A stretch of 64,000 bases of DNA, taken from the NCBI RefSeq assembly GCF_006345805.1, contig NC_043001.1:126914001-126978000 (forward strand), read 5' to 3'. The notes beneath the pieces are model-generated. The model was not told where the DNA came from and did not search any database. It was given only the letters and a program-made list of their open reading frames with translations. The translations under genes were made by a program, and so were the position numbers. The stretch is from Octopus sinensis. Its lineage: Eukaryota. Positions 50,511-64,000 of the stretch are shown one piece after another; the stretch's first letter is position 1; every line of letters begins with the position of its first letter.

Positions 50511-51726
50511 TTGGGTCATCCCATAAATAATGTGGGTTTTTAATACATTTTTTATCTTTCTAAATTAAAATAAACAAAGTTCTTTTTTTAATCTAAAATA
50601 TACATTCCTTCATTTTCTACAATGCTCTTCTACCTGTCTGGTAGACTTGCAAGACTCCTCTTCCAAAATTCACTTGTCCGTGACGGAAAATACTCCCCCA
50701 GTACTGTTCTAACCGCGTCTACAGAATTCACATTTTTTCCATCCAAATGATTTTGAAGACTGTGGAATAAACGATAATCAAGTTGGACAATGTTCGGCAA
50801 ATATGGTGGTGGGACATCGTTTTCCTTTCAAACTACTCCAGCCTTTGGAATGTCATCCTCACTGTATGTGGCCGAGCATTATCCTGATGGAAGAACACCT
50901 TTCGCTTTGAAACCAAAGATGGTCGTTTTTCTTCTAGCGCTGTCTTAAGTCGCTCAAGCTGCTCGCAGTAGATCTCCTTTATTATCGTTTGGTTTAAATT
51001 TAAAAGTTCGAAGTGGGCTAAACTTTTCATATCTCACCAAATAGATAACAACACCTTACGTGGGTGAAGACCTTCTTTAGCCTGGGATGCTGGTATTTCC
51101 CCTTTCCCTACCCACTGTCTTTGCCACTTGATGTTTTTGTAGAGAATCCATTTTTCGTCACCAGTCACTATTCGATCCAAAAATAGGTTCATTTGTGAGA
51201 CGCGACAGCAAAGACCAAAGATTCACTCTGCGCGCGATTAGAATCGGAAAGTTTGTGAGGAACATATTGACCCAATTTGCTGACTTTTCCGATAGTACGC
51301 AGGGGTCGACGAATGGTTTAATGACCAAATTCAAGCTTCTCTGCGAGTTCATCAACAGTTACATTGGAATTTTGTTCCACCAGAATTTCCAGGACGTCCT
51401 CGTCGAGCTCTACAGATCTTCCAGGACGAGGCTCGTCTTATAGTCTGTAGTTTCTGGCTCAGAATTTCTGAAACCACCGTTGATACTGACTTACGCTTAT
51501 TGTCCGATCCCCATGTACTGCATTAATATTCCTCTCACTTTCCGCTGCGTTGTTGCCTTTATTGAACTCAAAAAGCAAAATATACTGAATATGCTCCTTT
51601 GTCACTTCCATTATAGATTTGAAAAAAATAACTTAAAATCGAATTGCACTCTTCAAAACTTGCTCTAAGAATAAGTAGGAAGTAAAATTATTACCAGTTC
51701 CCTCCGCATTATCTATGGATGACCAA
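50511..51726 (-). mobile_element. Full-length decayed mariner transposon (Mos1-like DD34D type)
   Basis: TA-flanked imperfect TIRs ttgggtcatcccataaataatg / cattatctatggatgaccaa. CDS ~51611-50588: MEVTK.HI..ILLFEF, DEPRPGR, YVPHKL, TGDEKW, HQDNARPH; stops and frameshifts. Confidence 0.9.
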
Positions 51727-51744
51727 TAATATATAACATATATA

Positions 51745-52035
51745 TCGTTTATCTTTTACTTGTTTCAATCACTTGTCTGCAGCCATGGAAGAATTTTTAG
51801 TCTGTCTATTATTTTTCCGAACCATTAAATTACGTGGACATAAACAAACCAACACCAGTTATCAAGCTGTAGTGGGGGACACACAGGCAATAAAGACACA
51901 CACACACACACACATACATGAGTTTCTTTCAGTTTCTGTGTACATGATCCACTCACAACGCTTTGGTAGACTTGAGGCTATTGTAGAAGACACTCGCTCA
52001 AGGTAGTTGGGAAGCAAGCTTCTTACCACACAGCC
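51745..52035 (-). mobile_element. SINE family A, internally deleted
   Basis: Head and 3' end motifs on the minus strand. Confidence 0.65.
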
Positions 52036-52071
52036 TCACCTGTATATATATATATATATATATATCAGAAT

Positions 52072-52276
52072 AATAATGGTTTCAAATGTTGGCACAAGGC
52101 CAGCAATTTCGGAGTAGGGGAAGAGTCGAATACATCGGCCCCAGTACTCAACTTATTTTGTCGACCAAGGAAGGATGAAATCAAAGTCAGCCTCGACAGA
52201 ATTTGAACGTTGCGGCAGACGAAATGCCGCTAAGCATTTCTCACGGCGTGCTAACGATTCTGCCAGCTCGCCGCCT

Positions 52277-52277
<1 letters not shown>
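52072..52277 (-). mobile_element. SINE family B with (ATT)-ending tail
   Basis: ggcggcgagctggcagaatcgttagcacg head; tail gaaattgctggccttgtgccaa.atttgaaaccattatt. Confidence 0.8.
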
Positions 52278-52325
<48 letters not shown>

Positions 52326-52335
52326 TAATAATAAT

Positions 52336-53085
52336 GAAAAGAAGCGGTTGGAATCTTCCCATCTCCTGATCGATGATACATCTGGGGATGGTGTCACAAT
52401 AAAAATGCTGGTAATTGCGCAACTTGAGTATCGCTACCACATATGAGTGACAATGAAAAAACAAAAATATTGTGAATAACCGTAGTAATGAAACTGAAGC
52501 CTTTGATGGTGACAGTGCTGCACCCGGCAGGCTCAGAGATACTGGTCAGGCTCCAGCCCGTCGTTATCCAGCAATATACCAGCACACACGGCGTAGATGG
52601 AACAAAGAAGTCAATGATATGGTCATGGAATGTAACTACCTGAGCAACCCTGTAGATGAAAATGCTGCTCATATTAGGGAATACCGACAACGTATGCATG
52701 AGCAATAGAGAGAAAGAGAATTGTTTCAACTCACGGAACAGAGATTATGGAATCAAGCTAGAGCAATAAGAAAAAATCGTTGGTTCACAGAAGTAAAGCT
52801 CGAAGCTATCAATAGACGATTGTTAGAAAACAGCAGCAGAGGAAACGATGAAAACACATTTCCTACTCATAGCAGAAAACAGAGGTGAGATCTCTAATAA
52901 ACCACAAGATAGGAACAGTGATAGTTTGCTCGATGAGTGATATGTAGATGGTCTAGAAGAACACAATAAAACTAAAGGTGACATGACAGATGGGTAAAGG
53001 GCAATCTACGACAGCATGAAGTCAAGGCTACGGGAGAACGGTAGCGACATTATTTGCAACCTTAAATCGACAAAGCACACCTAAA
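52336..53085 (+). mobile_element. R4/Dong-like LINE 5' end
   Basis: TRRRWNKEVNDMVMECNYLS...YRQRM...TEQRL.NQARAIRKNRW resembles R4-clade N-termini (from memory); starts right after (AAT)n. Confidence 0.65.
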
Positions 53086-53096
53086 ATTCCAGGCCT

Positions 53097-53320
53097 TATT
53101 ATTAGAAGCATTTGGAAGACGGCGAGTTGACAGAATTGTTCGCACGCCGGGCAAAATGCCCAGTAGCATTTCGTCCGTCTTCACCTCAAATCACATTCCG
53201 CCGAGGTCGACTCTGCCTTTCATCCTTTCGGGGTCGATTACATAAGTACCCGTTTAATTCTAGGGTCGACGTAATCGACTTACCCATTCCCCCCAAAATT
53301 GCTGGCCTTGTACCAAAAAT
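53097..53320 (+). mobile_element. SINE family B copy (likely donor of the 49133-49322 insert)
   Basis: 53097-53286 is 188/190 identical to the reverse complement of 49133-49322. Confidence 0.85.
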
Positions 53321-53939
53321 CTTTATTAGAAACATTTAAGTGGATCGGTAGCATTGTTAACGCATCGAAAACAAGCAATAACCTGTGATTTTTCGTGTCT
53401 TTTATGTTCTCATTTTGAATATCACTAAATTCAAATTTGGTTTTCTGTCAGTCGGAAGTAATAAAATAAAGTTACTTCACTATACTGGATGGACACTGGG
53501 CCCGGTTTAACCGACTAGTCGTCTCCTAAATCTCAGCCCTTCTGAAATATATTTATTCTTCATTTCCGTTCCCTTTACACTTGCGTACGCGCAGCAGTCA
53601 ACTCTGATTTACTTGAATTATTTTCACCCTCTTTTGAATAATACCGGCGAAACTCCTGTTAAGTTAATTGTAATATTTTGAGGGTTTACATTTTAATCAT
53701 TAGGATTTATGACACCAGAAAGTAAAGACTATAATTATGAATAGTTTATTTATTAAGGTGTTAGTGCTAACTGTATAAGGATGTTTCGTAAACATTTGCC
53801 CTGGAAGTTGCTACGCTAATACTTTATGCTTATGTATAGTAAATGAATTTATTCTCTATCTAGATTTCTCGATATTCACTTTGTTCTGATACATAGTACA
53901 AACATCAGTATTTAACAACTACACACACACCCACACATA

Positions 53940-53988
<49 letters not shown>

Positions 53989-54009
53989 TGCCACACACAC
54001 ACACACACA

Positions 54010-54241
54010 CCTATTTCTTTACTACCCACAAGGGGCTAAGACAGAGGGGACAAACAAGGACAGACAAACGGATTAAGTCGATTATATCGACCCCAGTGCG
54101 TAACTGGTACTTATTTAATCGACCCCGAAAGGATAAAAGGCAAAGTTGACTTCGGCGGGATTTGAACTCACAACGTAACGGCAGACGAAATACCGCTAAG
54201 CATTTCGCCCGGCGTGCTAACGACTCTGCCAGCTCGCCGCC
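54010..54241 (-). mobile_element. Full-length SINE family B with Tx1-like tail, inside (CA)n
   Basis: Head ggcggcgagctggcag; central gtc(a/g)actttgcctt.(c/t)atcctttcggggtcgat; tail ccccttgtgggtagtaaagaaatagg. Confidence 0.9.
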
Positions 54242-54380
54242 TACACACATACCACACACACACATACACACACACATACATACATACCACACACACACAC
54301 ACACACACATACGCTCGAACGCCTACATATATCAATCTGTCCATCAATCTATATCACTTTACATTAACACACACACACAC

Positions 54381-54381
<1 letters not shown>

Positions 54382-54460
<79 letters not shown>
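54382..54460. repeat. (GATA)n microsatellite
   Basis: Direct inspection. Confidence 0.95.
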
Positions 54461-54461
<1 letters not shown>

Positions 54462-55092
54462 CACACACAAATACACACACACAGAGAAAAGAAGAGAGGA
54501 GAGACAAAACAACATTCCTTTACAATTAGTTGCAGGGAGGAGAAAAAGAGAAAGAAAGAGATTTGAGAGGAAAGTGTTGTGCGGAGAAAATAGAAGTGAA
54601 TGGGAAAGATTTGGATATTTACTTCTAATGTGGAGACAATAGCAATGCCTGTAATTAACTAAAATAAAATCAGAACTGGATTCAATGCTTCGGGGTACTA
54701 ACTAGCAATGTGAAATGATGAGATCAAATTGTTAGTATTTTTGCTTTATTAGAAAAATAAATATTTTAATTACTTTGGTTAATGGAATCCCTTCAAAGCA
54801 AATACACATTTCTTTGTTTCTTCTTTTCATCAAGCATCTTAGCGATCATAGACAGAAATCTAAGAGTGTTGAATTAAAGAAATTATGAGAGCTGCTTTAG
54901 AAGGCAAAGAAACAATTGCAAAATAATGCTTCAGTGTAAACTAAGAAGGTAGTTCCAAAATGAACACGTGAAGAAATTGAATCAAGGAAGAATAGCTCCA
55001 CATTAAAGAATGTCAATACTGCTGGACGCTAATTGGATTACTGAAATCCTCTACACCGCTTATGAGATTTAGAGAGTGTACAAATTATAACC

Positions 55093-55326
55093 TATTTCTT
55101 TATTACCCACAAGGGGCTAAACACAGAGAGGACAAACAAGGACAGACATAGGTATTAAGTCGATTACATCGACCCCAGTGCGTAACTGGTACTTAATTTA
55201 TCGACCCCGAAAGGATGAAAGGCAAAGTCGACCTCGGCGGAATTTGAACTCACAACGTAACGCAGACGAAATACCGCTAAGCATTTCGCCCGGCGTGCTA
55301 ACGTTTCTGCCAGCTCGCTGCCTTTA
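55093..55326 (-). mobile_element. Full-length SINE family B with ~20-bp TSD
   Basis: TSD agagtgta(c/t)aaattataacc at 55073-55092 and 55327-55346. Confidence 0.9.
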
Positions 55327-56043
55327 AGAGTGTATAAATTATAACCGTTTCAGTTTGTGCTGTGACAGAAGTTAATATATCGAAGTAGTAAAATGTAGGG
55401 TTTTGTATATTATATTAAAGAAAGAGGAGTGGCTGTGATTTTGTCCTGTAAAGTTCCTCTTGTGCTAGTAGATAAATAACAGCGGAGACGGGTAGTAAGT
55501 GACTCCAAATGTTTGCAACCGGGTTAATTCAAAGGAAGTCGCCCAAGGTCCAACAGGAACAAAGCGAATGATAGAGTTTTCTTTTTCATTTGGTGAATCT
55601 GAAAGAAGAGATGATACTCATGATATTTCGAGACGCTCTGAGGCCGGTATGTTTATTTCTCTTAATGTTCCATTGAAATTGCTGCAAAAAAATACCTGCA
55701 GGGAAAATATAGATAAAATACTAGAGGACTGATGTTTTGGGAAGAAAGGAATGGGACAGGTGGTTAGTGCGCAGTATACCCATCATGACAACACGTCTAC
55801 TGGGCTTCGTATATTTTACCCCAGTGTCACTTTGATGGCATGCACTGCTCTCTCAAATAATAATAATAATAATGATAATAATGTGTTAACTGCAAACGTA
55901 AACAGACTGTATATGAAAAAGAAGGAATGCTGGCAGAGGACTGATTAGTATAGACCAGTGTATAAGGAGTGAAAGCAGAACGCTTACTGAGTATTTGATA
56001 AATAGTAACGAAGATCTGCTGCAATATACCGGGACCCATATTA

Positions 56044-56403
56044 TCTTTATATATAAAAGTCAAGTTGTGTGTCTGTCTCCTACAATTTAGATTCCTAACT
56101 ACTCCCACATTTTGCGGTGCAGTGTAACCAAAAGCGGGTATCTTATAGTCGTGATTCATATCGAACCCTTCTGGGTATTAGCGCGCGTCTACGATGAGTC
56201 TACGATTTTTAAAATAATTTACCATCATTTTTTTCATTTTTAATGCATTTTTTTCGCTATTATATAAGGGAAGTAACTCTCTAAAATGTCTACGATGAGT
56301 CAACGATTTTAAAAAAAAATTACCATCATTTTTTTTCCATTTTTAATGCATTTGTTTTGCTATTTTTTGGCTATAACTCTCTAAAAATGCTTATATAGTT
56401 ATT
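56044..56403 (+). mobile_element. 3'-truncated Helitron of the 20788 family
   Basis: A|TCtttatatataaaag start, internal duplication, no CTAG end. Confidence 0.8.
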
Positions 56404-56911
56404 GATAATTTTAAATGCTATAGGTAGAACGATGGTGGTAATGATAATCACTATGGTCATGGAGGCGACACGATGCGAGCACGTTATTTATATATATATG
56501 TGTGTGTGTTTGTGTGTGTATATTATACATGTGCACGTATCCTATTATTATATTATTGTTAATATAAATATTATTGTTATTATTATTTCCATTTATTATT
56601 AAAAGGTATTATTAAATATTGTTTAGTTTCAACTTTTGTGTTGTATTTGAGATAATCATAAATATGTGTTGTAGGAAGAAGAGTAATAGCTTGGGGAATA
56701 GACAAAATTCTAGAGGTCTGTAAATAGATTTGGCAGATGTCGAGGAGTTCAGCAATGGACATTCCCGTGCGATAAGGAGACAAAAGAGACCTCACACCCT
56801 TTGGGTCAGCAGAGGTCAAATGAGTTTACTACTACAAGCGATCAATGAAAGTACTGAACTTGGCCTTGAAAAGAAGCAATTCAACTTGTTCTATTTTTAA
56901 TTACAGATTGA

Positions 56912-56967
<56 letters not shown>

Positions 56968-56978
56968 TAATAATAATA

Positions 56979-57134
56979 GTGGCTGTGTGGTAAGTAGCTT
57001 ACTTTCCAACCACAGGGTTCCGGGTTCAGTCCCACTGCGTGGCACCTTGTGCAAGTGTCTTCTACTATAGCTTCGGGTCGATCAAAGCCTTGTGAGTGGA
57101 TTTGGTAGACGGAAACTGAGAGAAGCCCATCGTA

Positions 57135-57227
<93 letters not shown>

Positions 57228-57442
57228 ATATGTTTGCGTGTCTGTGTTTGTCCTCCCCAAAATCGCTTGACAACCGATGCTGGTGTGTTTACGTCTCCGT
57301 AACTTAGCGGTTCAGCAAAATAGACCGATAGAATAAGTGCTATACTTACAAAGAATAAGTCCTGGGGTCGATTTGCTCGACTAAAGATGGTGTTCCAGCA
57401 TGGCTACAGTCAAATGACTGAAACAATTAAAAGATTAAAGAA
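56979..57442 (+). mobile_element. Full-length SINE family A (tRNA-derived) with internal (TA)n
   Basis: A-box tggctgtgtgg, B-box ggttcagtccc; between (AAT)n tracts. Confidence 0.9.
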
Positions 57443-57453
57443 TAGGTTAAAAG

Positions 57454-57491
<38 letters not shown>

Positions 57492-57519
57492 TAGTAATAA
57501 TAATAATAATAACAATAAC

Positions 57520-57588
<69 letters not shown>

Positions 57589-57614
57589 TAATAATAATAA
57601 AAATAATAATAATA

Positions 57615-57648
<34 letters not shown>

Positions 57649-57666
57649 GTAATAATAATAATAATA

Positions 57667-58054
57667 AATGCCCTGATGCAGTACCTGAGAATGGCTCTCA
57701 TGGCTCCTGATCTTAACTGATTGGAAGTGTTATCACATGTGTTGAGAGGAATTCTTTGTGGTCTGAATAATTCACCTTTGGAAACATAGGTGTTTTGTTC
57801 AACATCCTTAAGCAACCCTTATTCGGGAACCTTTTGAGTAGGAAGAGTTACTCGACCACAAGAAAATTCTAACAGGGCCCCACCTGCGAGGTCATGCGCT
57901 GTTTATCTTGATATGAGATCACCATGTCGCACAAATATGGTTGTGATGCATGTGCCTGGTGTACCCTTATCAGACGGGTAGTCATGATGGATATAATGGA
58001 CTCCGTATATTTTACCCCAGTGTCACTTTGATGGCATGCATTGTACTCTCACTC
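57667..58054 (+). mobile_element. (AAT)n-flanked non-coding SINE-like repeat, family D
   Basis: Homologous copies at ~55790-55854, 60548-61008 (opposite strand), 63372-63432 and 63705-64000; orientation assumed from the (AAT)n tail. Confidence 0.75.
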
Positions 58055-58103
<49 letters not shown>

Positions 58104-58270
58104 GTAATATACTGATCTTCACATCGCTGAACTTGTGAATTTCTGAGTTTTTTTCTTCCTTTTCTTTTTATAAGTTTTGCTGGGGTTTACAGTTTTTGTA
58201 ATTGTGCAGTTTGTATATATTGACAGGTGCTTACCCACTTAATTTTTTTCTCGTGCATTTAATTGTGTTG

Positions 58271-58648
58271 TTGCAATAAAAGGTGTGTTTACACATTCGG
58301 GTAGTCAGGGAGAAAAGAAAGATAAAATTTTCACACAAAATTGTAGATATTAAAGTTTTAAGTTTTCTAGAGATGTTCGTTTGTATGTCCAGTTGGAGAA
58401 GACAGTAGTGCTTTTGCAACAAAAAGGATGTTTACATTTTCGAATACTCAGGGAGAAAGAAAAGAAAAGAAAAGGAGAGTGAAATCTTCACAGAAAGTTG
58501 TAGATATTAAAGTTTTAAGATTTACTAAAGATGGTCTTCGTACGTCCGCAAAGAGAAAACTGTAGAGTTGTTAGAATAAAAAGAATGTTTACATTTTCGA
58601 ATATTCAGGGAGAAAGGAAGGGTAGTTTTCCACAAAAGTTGTAGATAT
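58271..58648. repeat. Diverged tandem repeat, ~2.5 units of 143-157 bp
   Basis: tcagggagaaa at 58305, 58448 and 58605; ttgtagatatta and tgtttaca motifs recur in register. Confidence 0.8.
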
Positions 58649-58679
58649 TATTATTATTATTATTATTATTATTAGTAAT

Positions 58680-59480
<801 letters not shown>

Positions 59481-59546
59481 AATAATAATAATAATAATAA
59501 TAATATAATAATAATAATAATAAATAATAATGATAATAAAAGTAAT

Positions 59547-59594
<48 letters not shown>

Positions 59595-59605
59595 TATTAT
59601 TATTA

Positions 59606-60515
59606 TCATTCTATGTTTGACTTTTGCTTTATGTCTGTACAAGTTGGCTCCAAGTCTCACCCAGAGATCTCAAGAGACAACAGGTCAGAAGTTCTGTGCC
59701 ATATATTTGGGGGGGGGGGTTGTTTTTTTTTGGGGGGGTTGTACTAGTGAATGTCTAATACATAAAAAAAAGAAAGAAATAATAAATAAATAAAAAAAAG
59801 TTTGTTTTAAACATTGGGATTACATAGAGAGTATTTTGCGTAGGATATGAGCAGTTCCCATGAGCACTATCTTTTGAATTTCTGCTATTTTGGGGTTTCC
59901 TGGTATCTGAGTTAGGTAGCAATCAGTCCCTTTCGCTATCATTCCCAGGGCACCTATGACAACAGGTATTGTTTTAGTCTTCAGCTTCCACATTTGCTGA
60001 TTTCTATTTCAAGATCTTTATATTTGCTCAGTTTTTTAGGTCTAGTAGGTCTTAGGTTTAATCTTGGGACAGTTAATATCAATGAGGAGAGGCATGTTCT
60101 TTTCTGAAGTCTTTCAATATAATGTCTGGGCCTATTTGCATCTATCTTCCTGTCAGTGTTGAATGGTGAAGTTCCAGAGGAGTAGGAGGATGTGGTCATT
60201 TTCAAAGCACAGGAGGTGGATTGTGTCCCACCAGTTTTTTCGTGGGGCAAATCCAGGTTTGTGCAAATTACCCAGTGAATATATTGTGCAGTTTAGTCAT
60301 GCCTACTGCTGAGGTACTCTGTAGCGTTAGAAGGACTGCATTTGGAGACAACATGGTGGAATGGTTTCATTTTGTTGTCGGCATACACGACAGGTTGGGC
60401 TACTGCCGTTCTTTAATAGTTGGCCTGGTAGTTCTTGTTGGTAGGGCATTGATCTTGAGCTGCTATGATAAACCCCTCTGTTTCAGATTTAAAGCCAAGG
60501 AGAGGCAGTATCTAG
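59606..60515 (-). mobile_element. R4/Dong-like RLE LINE 3' end
   Basis: SETEGFIIAAQDQ, CRVC...ET..HVVSKC, RHD, KLSKYKDLEIEI, PVVIGALG, GTAHILRKILSM; 3' end runs into (AAT/GAT)n. Confidence 0.85.
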
Positions 60516-60547
60516 GCCGTATCTATTATTATATTATTATTATTATT

Positions 60548-61005
60548 GGTGAGCGAGCAGAGCATGCATCAAAGTGACACTGGGGTAAAATACGAAGCAG
60601 ATATACCCATCATGACACCCGTTGATAAGGGTCATGCATCACAACCATATGTGCGCGACATGGTGATCTCATATCAAGATAAACAGCACATGACCTGCAT
60701 GGGGCCAGTTAGAATTTTCTCCATCGAGTGACCATGCTCAAAAGGTCCCTGAGGGTCAGGATGTTGAATGAAACACCCATGTTTCAGATGAATCTGAAAC
60801 CCCAAAGAATCCCTCTCACACATGGCTTGATGCTCCCTACTTCTGTTCGTGATCAGAGTGCATTTCAGCCACTAAAGGACATGCAACTGGTAAGGTCAAA
60901 CAACTGACAAGCAAATCTGTGGTATTGAGCAGAATATTGCTGTAGCCATCTTTTCAATGTATTCCCATATCAGTTATCAGAAGCCATGAGAGCCACCGTA
61001 TCATC

Positions 61006-61008
<3 letters not shown>
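60548..61008 (-). mobile_element. Family D repeat copy
   Basis: Reverse-complement match to 57667-58054. Confidence 0.75.
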
Positions 61009-61050
<42 letters not shown>

Positions 61051-61100
61051 TATTATTATTATTTATTATTATTATATTATTTTTATCATCATCATTATTA

Positions 61101-61150
<50 letters not shown>

Positions 61151-61152
<2 letters not shown>

Positions 61153-62172
61153 CCTCTGCCTTCGCTAAGGCAGAGGTATGGTTTTCAGTCGTCTTTGTTT
61201 GTCTGTGGACAAGATATCTCAAGAACCGCTGGATGGATTCGGATGCAACTTTCTGAGATGTTTGGCCCCGTGAATAGCACGAACTGATTAGATTTCGGGA
61301 TCGATCCGGTACCGGACAAGGATTCTGGATTATTTCTTATATTTACTTTACTTTACATGAAGTTTTACGATATTACGTTGACTTGCAAGTCTTTCTCTGA
61401 TTATCTCCCTTGAAGGCACTCTCATGGTTTCCACGTAAGTTATGGCGGCATTGCCGTTTCCAAAGTTTTATTTTCGTTTCTCTATTATTAATTTTACTCA
61501 TGTCTCTGACTTAGCAGAAACTGATGGATAAAGAAATCAAACTATATAAACAAACGGCAGCAAAACCGTTCAGAAATTAAATAACACTGACATATTTAGT
61601 AACGAAAATAAATTTCAATTATCTAATTTTGAATATATTTCTCCTGTTTCAAAAGCTCTTACCTACTTGACAATTGCATTTCAAGCTCTGCATTGAAGGA
61701 AGCTTTACTTCTTGGAGTCACGTTGTTAAACCTCTGTTAACAACACCCTATGCAGGTCCTTTCCGTTTTCTTTCACGCACGGATAAATTTTTCACTATAG
61801 ACCTTAATGGTCGTAGAGACACTATATCAGGGGATAGACTAAGAAGGCCTTCATAGAGAAAACTGTCCCTGTTCCCACTGCAGACGACACACACAGCATT
61901 ACAAACACGGCCCGCACACCCACTTTCGCATTCCATGACTACCATTGTGATAGATCAGGTACCGGACGAGGATTCTGGATTATTTTCCTGCTTTTTTTTT
62001 TACATAATTTTTTAAAGTGGTCGGGTTCATTCTTAGTATTCTCGTTTGAGAGAGCAGTCTATTTGAGAGAGTTTATTTCAGATATTCTGATTTTAAAAAT
62101 GATCTCCGGCTAATCATTTGAGAGGACGTTGGTGTTGCCTTAGTGGAGGTTAGCACTCTCTGAGTACTCTTG
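61151..62172 (+). mobile_element. Helentron-associated (DINE-1/HINE-like) element, composite
   Basis: 5' palindrome tacctctgcctt-cgct-aaggcagaggta, GTTT/GTCT core, 3' subTIR gccttagtggaggt (62137-62150) plus hairpin gcactc-tct-gagtac; 33-bp internal duplication at 61303/61953. Confidence 0.65.
61690..61930 (+). mobile_element. Gypsy integrase C-terminal fragment
   Basis: KPLLTTPYAGPFRFLSRTDKFFTIDLNGRRDTISGDRL. Confidence 0.7.
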
Positions 62173-63170
62173 TTATTATTGTTATTATGATTATCATCTG
62201 AAGATAACTCACAGCTATATTTTGCTGGGTATGATGAAAAGTGTCAGCTGTCCACAGCCAGCAGACTAAGGTGACATGTGTTTGCTGGTCATGCTTAAAG
62301 AACCTGCGAAAAATTCTTGCAGTTCCAAGCAATGCTGAAATTTGCAGGTATTCTACCTTCACGCGTACACCAACCTTTTTCAGTCATGTTGTTAGTTGAG
62401 TGCTGATACTTTCAAGGGCACCAATTATTATTGGTATCACGTCCACTCTCTTTGTTGATCACAACCTTCGTATTTCCCACTTCAAATCGTCATAGTTGTT
62501 TATTTTTTCTTCTTTCACATTGATCATGTTGTCACCGTGGCATGCTATGTCGATTGTTATACATGTTCTTTCTTTTTTATTCACTACAACAATGTCCCTT
62601 TTCCGATATCTGATCAGGGGATCGTACTGGATTATTGTCTCCCGCAGAATTTTGCAATTCTCATTCTCGGTGACTCCTTCTGGGGTTTGCTCATATTATG
62701 TCTTTGCTTTTTGTAGGCCGTGTTTCCACAGAACTCCCAATGGATCACTCTTGCCACATTGTCATGGTGTCTTTGTATTCGCGTTGTGCCAATTTCGGGC
62801 AATTCCGCAGAATTTTCAATTCTCATCTCGGTGACTCCTTCTGGGTTTGCTCATAATTATGTCTTTGCTCTTTGTAGGCCGTGTTTCCACAGAACTCCCA
62901 ATGGATCACTCTTGCCACATTGTCATGGAGTCTTTTGTATTCGCGTTGTGCCAATTTCGGGCAATTAACGATGTGCCATACCGTTTCACCCCTCTCACCA
63001 CACATTCGGAATTTGTTGCTGTCGGTAGTGCTGTCTATTCTGCTCTTCACATGGCTGGTCCTTAACGCTTGGTCTTGTGCTGCACATATGAGTGCTTCTG
63101 TCTCTATCATCAGGTAACTCGTCCTTATCCATAGCCAACGGTTCTCTGTATCCGTCTTAGGGTTTACATC
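62172..63170 (-). mobile_element. R4/Dong-like RLE LINE 3' end with ~163-bp tandem duplication
   Basis: ETEALICAAQDQAL, CGERGETVWHIVNC..L, HDNVARVIHW, DIVVV...IDIAC, PIIIGAL, LLGTARIFRR; duplication 62642-62805 / 62806-62965. Confidence 0.85.
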
Positions 63171-63263
63171 TCTTGCAAACTAACCTATTATCATTCTTCT
63201 TCTTCTTCTTCTTCTTCTTCTCTTCTTCTTCTTCTTCTTCTTCTTCTTCTTCTTCTTTTATTC

Positions 63264-63312
<49 letters not shown>

Positions 63313-63625
63313 TATTATTATTATATCATATTATTATTATCATCATCATCATTTATTATATTATTATTATTGAGTGAGAGAGCAGTGCATGCATCAAAGT
63401 GACACTGGGGTAATATATGCGAAGCTCAGTATATCTTCTTTCTTCTTTTCTTCTTGGCTTCTTCTTTTCTTCTTCTTCTTCTTCTTCGTTTACATCTCTT
63501 GCAAACTAACCTATTATCCTTCTTCTTCTTCTTCTTCTCTATTCTGTCTTCTTCTTCTTCGTCTTCTTCTTCTTCTTTCTTCTTCCTTATTCTTATTTAT
63601 TAATTATTATTATTATATTATTATT

Positions 63626-63656
<31 letters not shown>

Positions 63657-63704
63657 CTATCATTATTTATTATTAATCATCATCATATTATTATTATTAT
63701 ATTA

Positions 63705-64000
63705 TTTAATTGATGCGAGAGCAGTGCAGCCATCAAAGTGACAACTGGGGTAATATATGCGAGCTCAGTATACCCATCATGACTATCCGTCTGATAAGGG
63801 TACACTAGGCACAAGCATCACAACCATATGTGCGCGACATAGTGATCTCATATCAAGATAAACAGCGCATTACCTTGCAGATGGGGCCCAGTTAGAATTT
63901 TCTTCTGGTCGAGTAACTCATCCTACTCAAAAGATCCCCGAATAAGGGTTGCTTAAGGACGTTGAACGAAACACCCATATTTCCAAAGGTGAATTATTCA
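63705..64000 (-). mobile_element. Family D repeat copy, runs off the window
   Basis: Match to 60548-60800. Confidence 0.75.

Overview
Eukaryotic, very AT- and microsatellite-rich DNA. The repeat families look, from memory, like those of a coleoid cephalopod (probably Octopus); this is an inference, not a database result. Most of the window is layered transposon debris: three tRNA-derived SINE families, Penelope-like elements (PLEs), Tx1/L1-like LINE pieces, R4/Dong-like RLE LINE pieces, RTE LINEs, a truncated Gypsy element, a full-length decayed mariner, non-autonomous Helitrons, a Helentron/DINE-type element and several MITEs. No intact host gene can be named. There is an ankyrin-repeat fragment at the left edge and two weak exon candidates. 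Most supplied ORFs are microsatellite translations. The most notable signals are: (1) a complete, TSD-flanked 2.18 kb retroelement that encodes only a zinc-knuckle ORF1 (HAL1-like 'half-LINE'), plus a second ORF1-only family in a head-to-tail stack; (2) at least seven PLE-type minimal hammerhead ribozyme motifs, one fully intact with an extended helix II; (3) a SINE whose 3' tail matches these Tx1-like elements; (4) several short local templated insertions. All alignments and folds were done by eye, so boundaries are approximate unless a TSD or TIR is quoted.
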